Of a DNA stretch of 64,000 nt, positions 1 through 10,390 are shown piece after piece (within the stretch, counting starts at the first letter, position 1; each line of letters starts with the position of its first letter). The stretch covers positions 16,585 to 80,584 of the forward strand of contig JALOOU010000003.1 in the NCBI GenBank assembly GCA_025454255.1. Reading direction: 5' to 3'. The stretch comes from Desulfobacterales bacterium (GTDB taxonomy: Bacteria; Desulfobacterota; Desulfobacteria; Desulfobacterales; SpSt-501). A program made the translations under genes and the position numbers. The notes beneath the pieces are model-generated. The model did no database searches. It was given only the letters and a program-made list of their open reading frames with translations, and was not told the DNA's origin.

Positions 1-1167
1 ACCTGCCGCGAGCATCTGGTGGCTCAATACCAGCGCCGCAACGCCCCGCGCAAGGTCCTCGATTCCATCGAAAAGACCCTGGCCCCGGACGTGCTGACCA
101 TCGTGTTCGCCCGGCGCTTCGCCACCTACAAGCGCGCCTTCCTTCTGATCCAGGACCCGCAGCGCCTGGAGGCGCTGATCAACGACGAGCAGTGCCCCAT
201 TCAGTTCATTTTCGCGGGCAAGGCCCACCCGCGCGACAATGAGGGCAAGGGGCTGGTCCAGCAGGTTTTCCAGTTCGCCAACCGGCCCTCCGTCCGCAAC
301 CGCTTCGTGTTTCTGGAGAACTACGACATGCATCTGGCCCGGCACCTGCTGCAGGGGGCGGATGTGTGGCTGAACACCCCCCGGCGCCCCTTCGAAGCGT
401 GCGGGACCTCGGGCATGAAGGCCGCGATCAACGGCGCTCTGAACTTCAGCATTCTCGACGGATGGTGGTGCGAAGGGTATCGGGACGCAACGGGCTGGAG
501 CATCGGCAACGGCGAGGAGTACGAAGACCACGCCTTCCAGGATGCGGTCGAAAGCCAGGCGCTCTACAACATCCTCGAGAACGAGGTCGTGCCCTGCTTC
601 TACGACCGCAAAAACGGCCATCTGCCGAACAGTTGGCTGCTCAAGATGAAGGCTTCGATGAAGATGGCCATGGAAAAATTCTGCAGCCTGCGCATGGTGA
701 TGGAGTATTCCGAAAAGCTCTACACGCCGGCCGCCCGTTGGCACGCAAGGCTCACGGCCGAGGGGGGCGCCGAAGCCGCTCGCCTGGCGGATCGAATGGC
801 CAGACTGCGGACCCACTGGAAAGAGGTCTCGATCGGCCAGCCGACACGCGACGTGCACGGCCCCCAGCGCGTGGGCGATGCCTTCCAGGTCGCCGTGGAG
901 GTCGGCTTGGGCGAACTGCTGCCGGAAGAGGTCGATGTCGAGCTCTACTGCGGGCATTACAAAAGTTTTTCGGAGCTTGCCGACAGCCGCGTGATCCCCA
1001 TGCAGGTGCTCGAGGCCCGCGGCAACGGCGCCTTCCGCTACGGCTGCACCTTGACCTGCGACACGGCAGGCCGATTCGGGTTTTCGGCCCGGGCGACCCC
1101 GCGCGGGGACGACTGGATCAAATTCTTTCCCGGGTTCATCACGTGGGCCGAGGAGCAACCTTTATAG
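1..1167 (+). CDS. glgP: alpha-glucan (glycogen) phosphorylase, C-terminal part (5'-truncated by window)
   Basis: Motifs FARRFATYKRA, FAGKAHPRD, DVWLNTPRRPFEACGTSGMKA (PLP lysine), SILDGWW; frame open from the window edge. Confidence 0.95.
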   Translation, partial: TCREHLVAQYQRRNAPRKVLDSIEKTLAPDVLTIVFARRFATYKRAFLLIQDPQRLEALINDEQCPIQFIFAGKAHPRDNEGKGLVQQVFQFANRPSVRNRFVFLENYDMHLARHLLQGADVWLNTPRRPFEACGTSGMKAAINGALNFSILDGWWCEGYRDATGWSIGNGEEYEDHAFQDAVESQALYNILENEVVPCFYDRKNGHLPNSWLLKMKASMKMAMEKFCSLRMVMEYSEKLYTPAARWHARLTAEGGAEAARLADRMARLRTHWKEVSIGQPTRDVHGPQRVGDAFQVAVEVGLGELLPEEVDVELYCGHYKSFSELADSRVIPMQVLEARGNGAFRYGCTLTCDTAGRFGFSARATPRGDDWIKFFPGFITWAEEQPL

Positions 1168-1179
1168 AGGACCTGAGCC

Positions 1180-2709
1180 ATGGACACCGCGCGCCGCAAC
1201 CCCCGGGTGCTCGTCATCACCCCCGAAGTCACCTACCTGCCCGACCGCATGGGCAACCTGGCCTCGTTTTTCACGGCCAAGGCCGGCGGGTTGGCCGATG
1301 TGTCGGCGGCCCTGGTGAGCGCGCTCTTCGACCAGGGCGCCGACGTGCACGTGGCGCTGCCGGATTACCGCTCGATCTTCAGCGACCGGCTGGTGCCGTT
1401 TCTGAAAGAGGAGATATCGAGCATTCAGCGCAAGATGCCCGACGACCGCGTGCATCTGGCCGAAGACCGCGCCTTCTTCTACATCAACCGCGTCTACTCC
1501 AAGCACGGGGATGAAAACATCAAGTTGGCGCTCGCCTTCCAGCGGGAGGTCATCAACAACATCATCCCGCGGGTCCAGCCCGACTTGATCCACTGCAACG
1601 ACTGGATGACCGGCCTCATCCCGGCGGTGGCCCGCCGGCTGCGGATCCCCTGCCTGTTCACGATCCACAACATCCACACCGTGAAGAGCACCCTCGCCTT
1701 CATCGAAGACCGGGGGATCGACGCCGCCAGCTTCTGGCAGCACCTGTACTACATGCACTATGCCCCCGGCTACGAGGCCTCGCGGGACGCCAACCCGGTG
1801 GACTTTCTAACCAGCGGCATCTTCGCCGCGCATTTCGTCAACACGGTGAGCCCGAGCTTCCTGGTCGAGGTGGTCGACGGCCAGCACCATTTCGTCGAGC
1901 CGCAGATCCGCCGCGAGCTGGCCAACAAGTACTATGCCGGGGTCGGCTTCGGCATCCTGAACGCGCCCGACCCGGCCTTCAACCCCAAAACCGACCCGGA
2001 CCTGAAGAAAAACTACGGCCCCAAGGACCATGCCAGCGGCAAACGCGAGAACAAGCGCTTCCTGCAGCGCAACTTGGGCCTGATCGAGGACGAACAGGCT
2101 CCCCTGTTTTTCTGGCCCTCGCGCCTGGACCCGGTCCAAAAGGGCTGCCAGCTGCTGGCGGAGATCTTTTTCCGGGTCATCTCGACCTGGTGGAACCGCA
2201 ATCTGCAGGTCGTCTTTGTAGCCAACGGCGAGTACCAGGGGGTCTTCCAGGACATCGTCAACCACCACCATTTCCACAAGCGGGTGGCCATCTGCGATTT
2301 CAGCGAACAGATGGAACATCTGGCCTACGCCGCCTCGGATTTCATCCTCATGCCCTCGCGCTTCGAGCCCTGCGGCCTGCCGCAGATGATCGCTCCGATC
2401 TACGGATCGCTGCCGGTCGCGCACGACATCGGCGGGATCCACGACACCCTCCAGCACCTGGACGTGGCCGCCGGCACCGGCAACGGGTTCCTGTTCAATG
2501 TCTACGACGCCCCCGGCCTGTTTTGGGCCATCGAGGAGGCGATGAAATTCTACGGCCAACCGGCCGCGGTCAAAACCCGGCAGATCAAGCGCATCATGAC
2601 CGAGAGCGCCAAGACCTTCACGCACGAGCGCACGGCCAGAAACTACATCGAGCTCTACGAAAAGATGCTCAAGCGGCCGCTGATCGTCGAGGACGGCTCG
2701 GCGGGTTGA
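1180..2709 (+). CDS. glgA: glycogen synthase (GT5)
   Basis: KAGGLADV (KxGG ADP-glucose motif), IHCNDWMTG, FTIHNI, MPSRFEPCGLPQM. Confidence 0.93.
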   Translation: MDTARRNPRVLVITPEVTYLPDRMGNLASFFTAKAGGLADVSAALVSALFDQGADVHVALPDYRSIFSDRLVPFLKEEISSIQRKMPDDRVHLAEDRAFFYINRVYSKHGDENIKLALAFQREVINNIIPRVQPDLIHCNDWMTGLIPAVARRLRIPCLFTIHNIHTVKSTLAFIEDRGIDAASFWQHLYYMHYAPGYEASRDANPVDFLTSGIFAAHFVNTVSPSFLVEVVDGQHHFVEPQIRRELANKYYAGVGFGILNAPDPAFNPKTDPDLKKNYGPKDHASGKRENKRFLQRNLGLIEDEQAPLFFWPSRLDPVQKGCQLLAEIFFRVISTWWNRNLQVVFVANGEYQGVFQDIVNHHHFHKRVAICDFSEQMEHLAYAASDFILMPSRFEPCGLPQMIAPIYGSLPVAHDIGGIHDTLQHLDVAAGTGNGFLFNVYDAPGLFWAIEEAMKFYGQPAAVKTRQIKRIMTESAKTFTHERTARNYIELYEKMLKRPLIVEDGSAG

Positions 2710-2718
2710 GCTTCCCCT

Positions 2719-4773
2719 ATGCCCGCGCACCGCAAACCAGCCTATAGTGGGGCAGCGGCAGGTCGCGCCGTCGGGCGCCTGCTGAGGCGGGACCCGCTCC
2801 TCGAGCCCTACGCCGACATCATCCGCCGCCGCATGGCCGCTATCGACAAGGCCGAGCGCCGCCTCACCGGCGGCCGTGTCAGCCTTGCGGATTTTGCCTC
2901 CGGCCACGAGTACTTCGGCCTGCACCGCCGGGGGCGAAAATGGGTCCTGCGGGAGTGGGCCCCCCATGCCACCCGGATGTTTTTGATCGGGGATGCCACC
3001 GGCTGGGAGGAAAAACCGCCCTTCGCCCTCAAACGCAAGACAGCGGCGGGTGTCTGGGAGCTGCGCCTGCCGGAGAGCGCGTTGCGCCACGGCGCGCTTT
3101 ACCGGCTGAAGGTTCACTGGGAGGGCGGCTGCGGCGACCGCATCCCGGCCTGGGCCCGCCGAGTGGTCCAGGACCCCGAGACCCTTATTTTCAACGCCCA
3201 GGTCTGGCAGCCGGAATCGGCCTACCGTTGGCGCCGGCCCCGCTTCCGGCGCCAAAACGCCGCCCCGCTCATCTACGAAGCCCATGCCGGCATGGCTCAA
3301 GCCGAGGAGAAAATCGGGACCTGGAGCGAGTTCACCGCGAAAACGCTGCCCCGGATCATCGCCGCCGGGTACAACGCGATCCAGCTGATGGCCATTCAGG
3401 AGCACCCGTTCTACGGCTCCTTCGGCTACCAGGTCTCCAGCTTTTTCGCACCCAGCTCGCGCTTCGGAACCCCCGAGGATCTCAAGGCCCTGGTGGACGC
3501 CGCCCATGCGGCCGGCGTCGCCGTGATCATGGACCTGGTCCACTCGCACGCGGTCTCAAACGAGGTCGAAGGCCTGAGCCGCTTTGACGGCACCCTCTAC
3601 CAGTATTTCCACGATCTGCCCCGGGGCCGGCACGCGGCCTGGGACTCGCGCTGCTTCGACTACGGCAAGATCGAGGTGCTCCATTTTCTCCTGTCGAACT
3701 GCCGCTATTGGCTCGACGAGTTTCGCTTCGACGGCTTCCGCCTCGACGGCGTGACGAGCATGCTCTATTTAGACCACGGCCTGGGGCGCAGCTTCGTCTC
3801 CTATGCCGATTACTTCAATGCGAACGTCGACGAAGATGCGCTCACCTACCTCGGCCTGGTCAACCGCCTGGTCCACGCCGTCAGGCCGGACGCCGTCACG
3901 GTGGCGGAGGACGTGAGCGGGATGCCGGGGCTCGCCGCCCCGGCATCCGAAGGCGGCTTCGGGCTCGACTACCGCCTCGCCATGGGCGTGCCGGACTACT
4001 GGATCAAGCTCATCAAGGAGGTGCCCGATGAGCATTGGCCCGTGGGCCACCTGTGGTATGAACTCACCAACCGCCGCCGGGAAGAGAAGACGATCGCCTA
4101 CGCCGAAAGCCATGACCAGGCGCTGGTGGGGGACCAGTCCCTCATCTTTCGCCTGATCGGCGCGGACATGTATTGGCACATGCAGGACGGCGACCCCCAC
4201 CTGCGCGTGGCCCGCGGCATGGCGCTTCATAAACTGATTCGCCTGATCACCCTTGCGACCGGCGGCCACGGATACCTCAATTTCATGGGCAACGAGTTCG
4301 GCCACCCCGAGTGGATCGACTTTCCGCGCGAGGGCAACGGCTGGTCCTTCCGCTATGCCCGGCGCCAGTGGCACCTTGCCGACGACCCCGGCCTCAAATA
4401 TCGGTTCCTGAACGCTTTCGACCGGGCGATGATCGCCCTTGCCAAGACGCACGCCATCTTCGACCGCGGGGAGCCCCGCCTGCTGCACGAGCGCAGCGAC
4501 ACCCAGACGATCGCCTTTCAGCGGGCGGGGCTCGTCTTGGCCTTCAACTTCCACCCGGTCGATTCGCATGTCGCCTACCGCATCGATGCGCCGCCGGGAA
4601 AGTACCGGACCATCCTGGACAGCGACGCGCCCGCATTCGGCGGCCTCGGCCGCATCGACCCGAAGCAGGAACACTTCACGCGGGTGGCGCCCGCGTCCGG
4701 CGGCGCACGCCATCAGCTCAGCCTCTACCTGCCCTCCCGCACGGGGATGGTCCTGGAGGCCGCAGATGGGTGA
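2719..4773 (+). CDS. glgB: 1,4-alpha-glucan branching enzyme (GH13, resembles GH13_8 type)
   Basis: REWAPHA, SFGYQVSSFFAPSSRFGTP, DGFRLDGVTSM, AEDVSG, YAESHDQALVGD, LNFMGNEFGHPEWIDFPR. Confidence 0.95.
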   Translation: MPAHRKPAYSGAAAGRAVGRLLRRDPLLEPYADIIRRRMAAIDKAERRLTGGRVSLADFASGHEYFGLHRRGRKWVLREWAPHATRMFLIGDATGWEEKPPFALKRKTAAGVWELRLPESALRHGALYRLKVHWEGGCGDRIPAWARRVVQDPETLIFNAQVWQPESAYRWRRPRFRRQNAAPLIYEAHAGMAQAEEKIGTWSEFTAKTLPRIIAAGYNAIQLMAIQEHPFYGSFGYQVSSFFAPSSRFGTPEDLKALVDAAHAAGVAVIMDLVHSHAVSNEVEGLSRFDGTLYQYFHDLPRGRHAAWDSRCFDYGKIEVLHFLLSNCRYWLDEFRFDGFRLDGVTSMLYLDHGLGRSFVSYADYFNANVDEDALTYLGLVNRLVHAVRPDAVTVAEDVSGMPGLAAPASEGGFGLDYRLAMGVPDYWIKLIKEVPDEHWPVGHLWYELTNRRREEKTIAYAESHDQALVGDQSLIFRLIGADMYWHMQDGDPHLRVARGMALHKLIRLITLATGGHGYLNFMGNEFGHPEWIDFPREGNGWSFRYARRQWHLADDPGLKYRFLNAFDRAMIALAKTHAIFDRGEPRLLHERSDTQTIAFQRAGLVLAFNFHPVDSHVAYRIDAPPGKYRTILDSDAPAFGGLGRIDPKQEHFTRVAPASGGARHQLSLYLPSRTGMVLEAADG

Positions 4774-6079
4774 GACGCTTAAGACTCCCGCCGCTGCCCG
4801 ACTGCGGCGTGCGGCCGGCCTGAGGCCGGTGGACATCTACCGACGGGTGATCATGGCCGCCTCCGAGGGCTTCATGCTGCTCGACCGCAGCCAGGTCGTC
4901 ACGGAGGTCAACCCCGCGGTTCTCCTGCTCACCGGCCACGAGCCGCAGGAGCTGATCGGACGGCGTGCGGACAGCCTTTATCGGCGCGATCGGGTCGAGG
5001 TCTGCTCGGCCAGCCGGGATCACCTGAGCTTCGAGACGCTGCTGCACGGCCGGGACGCGCGTGACATCCCCGTTCTGATCACGCGCGGAATCCTGAGGGA
5101 AGAATCCGGGGAGCCGGCCGGATACATGGTCTTCATCGTCGATCTGACCGAGCTCAAGGCCACCCAAGAGGAGCTGCGCCGGTCGGAGCGGCGCTATCAC
5201 AACATGTACCGCAACGCCGTTCAAGGCATGTTCCAGAGCCGTCTGTCCGGCGAGCTGATCCGCGTCAATCCGGCCTACGCCCGTTTTTTGGGCTACGCGT
5301 CCGTCGAGGAGATGCGGAAACTCAAGGCGGGTGCGGCAGAGCTCTATTACGACCCCGCCGAGCGCCAGCACATCGTCAAGTTGCTCAAACGCAAGGGGTT
5401 CCTGGTCAATTACGAGGTGATGCTGCGCCGCAAGGACGGCAAGCCGGTGTGGGGCCTTGCCAACTACCGGCTGAACCGCGACGATCCCGGCCAAGAGCCG
5501 ATCATCGAAGGCATCATGGTCGACAACACCCGCCATAAGCGGCTGGAGGAGGAGCTGCGCCGCGAGCACCGCAAGCTGCAGGCCTTGTCGCTGCGCGACA
5601 ATTTGACGGGGCTGCACAACACGCGCTTTCTCTACCAGGCATTAGACAGGCTGATCAGCGAGAGCCGCTCGTGCGGGGCGCCGTTCTCGCTGATTTTCAT
5701 GGACATGGACAACTTCAAGGCCGTCGTGGACAAGCACGGTCATCTCAACGGCAGCCAGGCGCTGCGGGAGGTGGCCCGCACGATCCGCTCGCTCATCCGC
5801 AAACCCGGTTTCGGCGTCGCCTATGGCGGGGACGAATTCGTCCTGGTGCTGCCGGGGTTCGACAAAGCCCGGGCCATGGCCAAGGTTGAGGCGGTGCGCC
5901 GCAAGATGAAGCGCACGGTCTATCTGGCCGAAAAGGGATTGGCCGTGAAACTCCAAGCCAGCTTCGGTTTGGCCACCTTCCCGGAAGACGCCCAGGACCG
6001 CACGGGGCTTTTGGCCCTGGCCGACCAGGCCATGTTTCGCATCAAGCAAACCGGAAAAGGGGCGGTGGGGGTGGCGTGA
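4766..6079 (+). CDS. PAS-PAS-GGDEF diguanylate cyclase
   Basis: ATG at 4766 overlaps glgB stop; two PAS-like segments; DNLTGL, DMDNFKAVVDKHGHLNG, YGGDEF. Confidence 0.88.
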   Translation: MGETLKTPAAARLRRAAGLRPVDIYRRVIMAASEGFMLLDRSQVVTEVNPAVLLLTGHEPQELIGRRADSLYRRDRVEVCSASRDHLSFETLLHGRDARDIPVLITRGILREESGEPAGYMVFIVDLTELKATQEELRRSERRYHNMYRNAVQGMFQSRLSGELIRVNPAYARFLGYASVEEMRKLKAGAAELYYDPAERQHIVKLLKRKGFLVNYEVMLRRKDGKPVWGLANYRLNRDDPGQEPIIEGIMVDNTRHKRLEEELRREHRKLQALSLRDNLTGLHNTRFLYQALDRLISESRSCGAPFSLIFMDMDNFKAVVDKHGHLNGSQALREVARTIRSLIRKPGFGVAYGGDEFVLVLPGFDKARAMAKVEAVRRKMKRTVYLAEKGLAVKLQASFGLATFPEDAQDRTGLLALADQAMFRIKQTGKGAVGVA

Positions 6080-6097
6080 GCGCGCAGGGGTTGCGGC

Positions 6098-6661
6098 TCA
6101 CATGCTCTTGTAGCGGTGGTAGTAGCGCATGACCCGCTCGATGTAGTTCTCGGTTTCCTGGTAGGGCGGGATTCCGTTGTGCCGGTCGACGGCGCCGGGG
6201 CCCGCATTGTAGGCCGCCAGGGAGAGCGCCACCTTGCCGTTGAAGCGGTCCATCATCTCCCGCAGGTAGCGCGCCCCGGCGTTGATGCTCTGGTGGGGGT
6301 CATAGGGGTTGCTGACGTTGAGCATGGGGAAGTTCTGGGGCATGATCTGCATCAGCCCCTTGGCGCCCTTGTGCGAGACGGCATTGGGATCGAAGTCGGA
6401 TTCGGCCTTGATGACGGCCTTGAGCAGAGGGGCCTCGAGGTTCTGCGCCTTGGCCGCCTCGGCGATGATGTGGTCGAATTTGTTGTTGTCGAGATTGGCT
6501 ATGAACCGCTGGCGCTCCCGCATGAAAAGCTTGAATTTGGAAGAGGTCGGGGCGTTGGTGAAATGCATGACCCCGTCTTCGTCGATGTAGCGGTAGATGT
6601 CCGCCTGCACGGCGGCCGTCGCCAGCGCCAGGAGCGCCACGGTCAAAAGAGTCGCTTTCAT
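6098..6661 (-). CDS. lytic transglycosylase (SLT domain) with N-terminal DUF4124-like domain and signal peptide
   Basis: ADIYRYIDEDGVMHFTN, AVIKAESDF, GAKGLMQIMP, LAAYNAGPG; start taken at MKATLL. Confidence 0.9.
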   Translation of the reverse strand: MKATLLTVALLALATAAVQADIYRYIDEDGVMHFTNAPTSSKFKLFMRERQRFIANLDNNKFDHIIAEAAKAQNLEAPLLKAVIKAESDFDPNAVSHKGAKGLMQIMPQNFPMLNVSNPYDPHQSINAGARYLREMMDRFNGKVALSLAAYNAGPGAVDRHNGIPPYQETENYIERVMRYYHRYKSM

Positions 6662-6860
6662 CCGTGCAGTGTTTGATTTCGGTTGCATGTCGCGCAGCGG
6701 GTCGCGGCGACCGTGCCGCCTTGATCGCCAGTTGGTATTTTACAACCAAAAGGGCCTTGAGTTCAAGTTTTTATTGGATTTGCGAGTGATTATAAAGCGA
6801 TGAACACTATATCGGCCGATCGGCCGACATCTTTAGCCGAGGGTGGCGTCGGCCGGCGGC

Positions 6861-9800
6861 TCAAAACAGCTTTAACTGGTCCGGGTTTTTCCGTTTGCCT
6901 CCCGCCCAGGGTTTTTCGTTTTTGAGCAGCCGCTCCTCGATCCGGCCCACGAAGGCCGATACCCGCCGCGGTTCGGGTCTACCGTAAACGCTGCGCTGCC
7001 GGGACCAGGTGAGATAGAGCCTCTCCTTGGCCCGGGTCATCGCCACGTAGAAAAGCCTGCCCTCTTCCGCCAGGTCTGCGAGGGCATCCTCCCCGGCCCC
7101 GCGCCGCAATGGAATCAACCCGTCCTCGCAGCCAGCGATAAAAACTACACTAAATTCCAAACCCTTGGACGCATGCATGGTCATCAGGGCCACTTTTTCG
7201 GCCCTGGGGTGGTAGCTGTCGGTGTCGCTGTGGAGGGCGATCCGCGTCAGCAAGCCGAGCCCGGAATCATCCGCCTCCTCGGCCGCCAGCAAAAGAAGCC
7301 GCTCCAGCGCCCCTTGAGCCTCTTGGCTGCCGAGATCCTCGGCCAGCTTCGGCAGCCGTGAAAGACGCCGAATTTTTTCCGCCGCCGTCTGCAGGCCGCC
7401 GGTCTCCTCGGACAACGCATCCAGCGCAGCGGCAAACTCCATCAGCCGGACCTGCTGACTGCGGCCGAGATTGGGAATCGGAAAACGCGCCGCCCGCACC
7501 AGCCCGTCGCGGACCCCCATCCGGTGGGTCAGGCACCAGCGCCTGAACTCCGCGAATATCTTTCGGCTCAGCGCCGGCGCGAGCACGCGCGCCCCGGCCG
7601 CCATGTCGGCGTAGGTCCCCGCACCGAGCACCAGCCTCGTCAAACTCAAAAGCGCGGCCACCCCCGGCAGTTCGAGGCTGTGCCGACGGCTGACCGCCTG
7701 GTATGGGATTCCCCTTTTTTTGAAAGCCTCCGCCACGAACCGGATTTGATCGAGCGTGCGGAAGAGGACCGCAACGTCAGCGAAGCTGGAGGCCGCCGCG
7801 CCGGACAGGCGTTTGACCCGCCCCGTGTCGATGGAGTGATATCCCGTTCCGCCCACCAGGGCTTCGACGGCGCGGGCGATGACCTCGGCTTCAGCCGCTT
7901 CGTTCGGCGCTTCGAGAACGCTCACGGTCCGGAGGCCGTCGATGTTCGAAAAGAGGCGCTGCGGTTGGGCCCCTTCGGCGCAGAGGACCTGGACCGAGGC
8001 GCTGAGGATGGTGTCGGTGGAGCGGTAGTTGCGGTTCAGTTCAATCTCGACGGCAGCGGGGTAGTCCCTTTTGAAGTTCAGAAAATAGGACGGGTCGGAC
8101 CCGCGAAAACCGTAGATCGCCTGATCCGGGTCCCCGATCACGCACAGCCAGCGCGCTCCGGCGCCCGGCGGCGCCAGGGCCCGGATGATCCGGTATTGGC
8201 CATGGTTCACATCTTGAAACTCATCCACGAAAACGGCCCGGAAGCGCTCCCTGCAGGCATCGCGAAAATCCGGATCCCTTTCCAGGCGGACGGCCACTTG
8301 GAAAATGAGCTCCTCGTAGTCATAAAGCCCCTGGCCCTGAAGAAGGCGCTGATAGGACCGGTAGACATCGGCGAGATCCGCGGCCGCCTGCTCGGCCCCG
8401 GGCCCCCCGGCCACCTCCTCGGGGGTCGACAGGTTCTGCTTGGCGTGCATGATGAGGCGCTGGAGCTCTTTGAGGGATTGACCGATGGGCCGACCCACCG
8501 AGGAGGCCGCTTCGGCCATCAACGCCGCCTGCAGCGGCTCGTCGGCGACGACGATGGGTCTGCCCGGCTCCATCGTCTGGAGGAGGCTCCAGCATAGACC
8601 GTGGAAGGTGACGGCCAGGGGCGGCGCCTGCCTTTCGCCCAACAGCGCCGACAGCCGCGAGCGCATTTCATCGGCCGCCTTGTGGGTGAAGGTGAGCGCA
8701 ACAATGTTGGCCGGCGCCACGTGGCGGTGCAAGACCAAAAAGGCGATCCGGCGGGTCAGAGTCCTGGTCTTGCCGGTGCCCGGCCCGGCCACGATCATGA
8801 GCGGGCCTTGCGCCTGCACGACCGCCCGACGCTGATCATCGTTCAACCCTTCGAGAAGACCTTGCGCATCGGGGCCATGCCCCCCCCCGGCGCCCACCGA
8901 CGGCGTTGGTTCACCGTCGCCCGGCGAAGAAACCGGCACTGCCGGCTCCTCGATCGAGGCGCGCAGCGGCCTGCCGCCGGTTTTGCCCGGCGCGTCGGCT
9001 GCGACGACGGTGAAAAGCGTTTTTTGGCCTATCAGCTGCGCGCGCTCCCCGGCGCTGAAGATCGCGACGGTGCCGTACTCGCCATCGAAGCCGGGGCGGA
9101 TATCCACTCTCTTCTCCCGCATGCGGCCGATGGCCTCGGCCAGCAGCGGGATCGGAAGCGCTGCGATCTGCTCCAGCTCGAGTTCCATGAGAACCGGCAG
9201 CTCCGGACCCAGCCGGTCTAAAACGGTGCGGCAGGCGTGGGCGACTTTCGCGGTTTTGGGCCCGGCTTGCAGGACCTCGGCCAATATGTCCGCCAGGGGG
9301 ATAAGGCTGAAGAAAAGGGGGGCGTGGTCCGGTCTTTTTCCTTCGGGCCGGTCGGCCAACTCCTCCACGCGGGACAGCACGCCGACGGTAACCGGTTTCC
9401 CGCAGGCCGGGCAGTTTCCGGCCAACCGCCGGGTCTCTCCGGGCGCCAGGCAAACCCCGCAGCCGCGATGTCCGTCCAGATGGTATTTGCCCTGCTCGGG
9501 GAAAAACTCGATTGTCCCCCTGAACCGCTCGGGATCTTTGGTTTTCAGGGCATCGCGCAGCGCAACGAAGGAGAGGTCGGCCTCGAGCAGGTTGGCTTCA
9601 CGACCGACATTGCCCGCTGAGTGGGCGTCCGAATTTGATATCAGGCAAATGGAATCCAGGCTTGACACGCGCCAGTTCATGGCCGGGTCGGACGACAGTC
9701 CGGTTTCGGCGGCAAACACATGCTCAGTTAGATCGCCGAAGCACTCAGCGATGGAATCGAAGCCGGACTTCGAGCCCAGGACCGAAAACCAAGGCGTCCA

Positions 9801-10295
9801 GATGTGAGCCGGGACGAGAAAAGCATCCGCTGAGGTCTCGAGCACGATCTCTAAAAGGTCGCGGGCGTCGAGGCCCAAGATGGGCCGGCCGTCGGAGGAG
9901 ATGTTTCCGATGGCCCCCAGCCGGGCGTTGAATCGACGCGCCGATGCGAGATCGGGCATGAACACCAGGTTGTGGTTTTTTCGGGTCCGGCCGTTTTTTT
10001 TGTAAATATTGCTGATTTCAGTGACGAGGACAAAACGGACCCGTCCCTGGCAGGCACGCGGTATTTCCGCTTCGACCCGACGCGCCGCCTCCTTTTTCAG
10101 CTTGAGCAGCCCCGGCTCTGCCTCATCCAGCTTGGCCTCTATTTCCGAGAACCAACCGGGATGTGCAAAATCACCGGTTCCAACCACACCGACCCCTTTT
10201 ACGCGACAGGCGGCGTAGAGGTTTTCAAGCGTTAACTCTCTGGATGTGGCCCTTGAAAACCTGGAGTGAATGTGAAAATCGGCCGTGATTTTCAT
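6861..10295 (-). CDS. endonuclease Q (PHP domain + Zn finger) fused to a UvrD/PcrA-type SF1 helicase
   Basis: N-term ADFHIHSRFS, GTGDFAHP, HIWTPWFS, ETGLSSD, SNSDAHS, GKYHLDGHRGC..CPACGK; C-term AGPGTGKT, VDEFQD, GDPDQAIYGFRG, NYRS, TMHASKGLEF, LFYVAMTRAK. Confidence 0.9.
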   Translation of the reverse strand: MKITADFHIHSRFSRATSRELTLENLYAACRVKGVGVVGTGDFAHPGWFSEIEAKLDEAEPGLLKLKKEAARRVEAEIPRACQGRVRFVLVTEISNIYKKNGRTRKNHNLVFMPDLASARRFNARLGAIGNISSDGRPILGLDARDLLEIVLETSADAFLVPAHIWTPWFSVLGSKSGFDSIAECFGDLTEHVFAAETGLSSDPAMNWRVSSLDSICLISNSDAHSAGNVGREANLLEADLSFVALRDALKTKDPERFRGTIEFFPEQGKYHLDGHRGCGVCLAPGETRRLAGNCPACGKPVTVGVLSRVEELADRPEGKRPDHAPLFFSLIPLADILAEVLQAGPKTAKVAHACRTVLDRLGPELPVLMELELEQIAALPIPLLAEAIGRMREKRVDIRPGFDGEYGTVAIFSAGERAQLIGQKTLFTVVAADAPGKTGGRPLRASIEEPAVPVSSPGDGEPTPSVGAGGGHGPDAQGLLEGLNDDQRRAVVQAQGPLMIVAGPGTGKTRTLTRRIAFLVLHRHVAPANIVALTFTHKAADEMRSRLSALLGERQAPPLAVTFHGLCWSLLQTMEPGRPIVVADEPLQAALMAEAASSVGRPIGQSLKELQRLIMHAKQNLSTPEEVAGGPGAEQAAADLADVYRSYQRLLQGQGLYDYEELIFQVAVRLERDPDFRDACRERFRAVFVDEFQDVNHGQYRIIRALAPPGAGARWLCVIGDPDQAIYGFRGSDPSYFLNFKRDYPAAVEIELNRNYRSTDTILSASVQVLCAEGAQPQRLFSNIDGLRTVSVLEAPNEAAEAEVIARAVEALVGGTGYHSIDTGRVKRLSGAAASSFADVAVLFRTLDQIRFVAEAFKKRGIPYQAVSRRHSLELPGVAALLSLTRLVLGAGTYADMAAGARVLAPALSRKIFAEFRRWCLTHRMGVRDGLVRAARFPIPNLGRSQQVRLMEFAAALDALSEETGGLQTAAEKIRRLSRLPKLAEDLGSQEAQGALERLLLLAAEEADDSGLGLLTRIALHSDTDSYHPRAEKVALMTMHASKGLEFSVVFIAGCEDGLIPLRRGAGEDALADLAEEGRLFYVAMTRAKERLYLTWSRQRSVYGRPEPRRVSAFVGRIEERLLKNEKPWAGGKRKNPDQLKLF

Positions 10296-10321
10296 AACCC
10301 TCTTTTTACAGAAAATAGAGC

Positions 10322-10390
10322 TTGAAAAATAATTATAAATCCGCTATATATTTACGTAATTTTTTCATTACCCCACATAGTGTGGTAATG
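10322..10390 (+). promoter_or_regulatory. putative sigma70 promoter and downstream imperfect inverted repeat in the divergent EndoQ-UvrD / rdgC intergenic region
   Basis: TTGAAA (10322-10327), 17 bp, TATATA (10345-10350); CATTAC-CCCACA-TAG-TGTG-GTAATG at 10366-10390; AT-rich. Confidence 0.5.
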
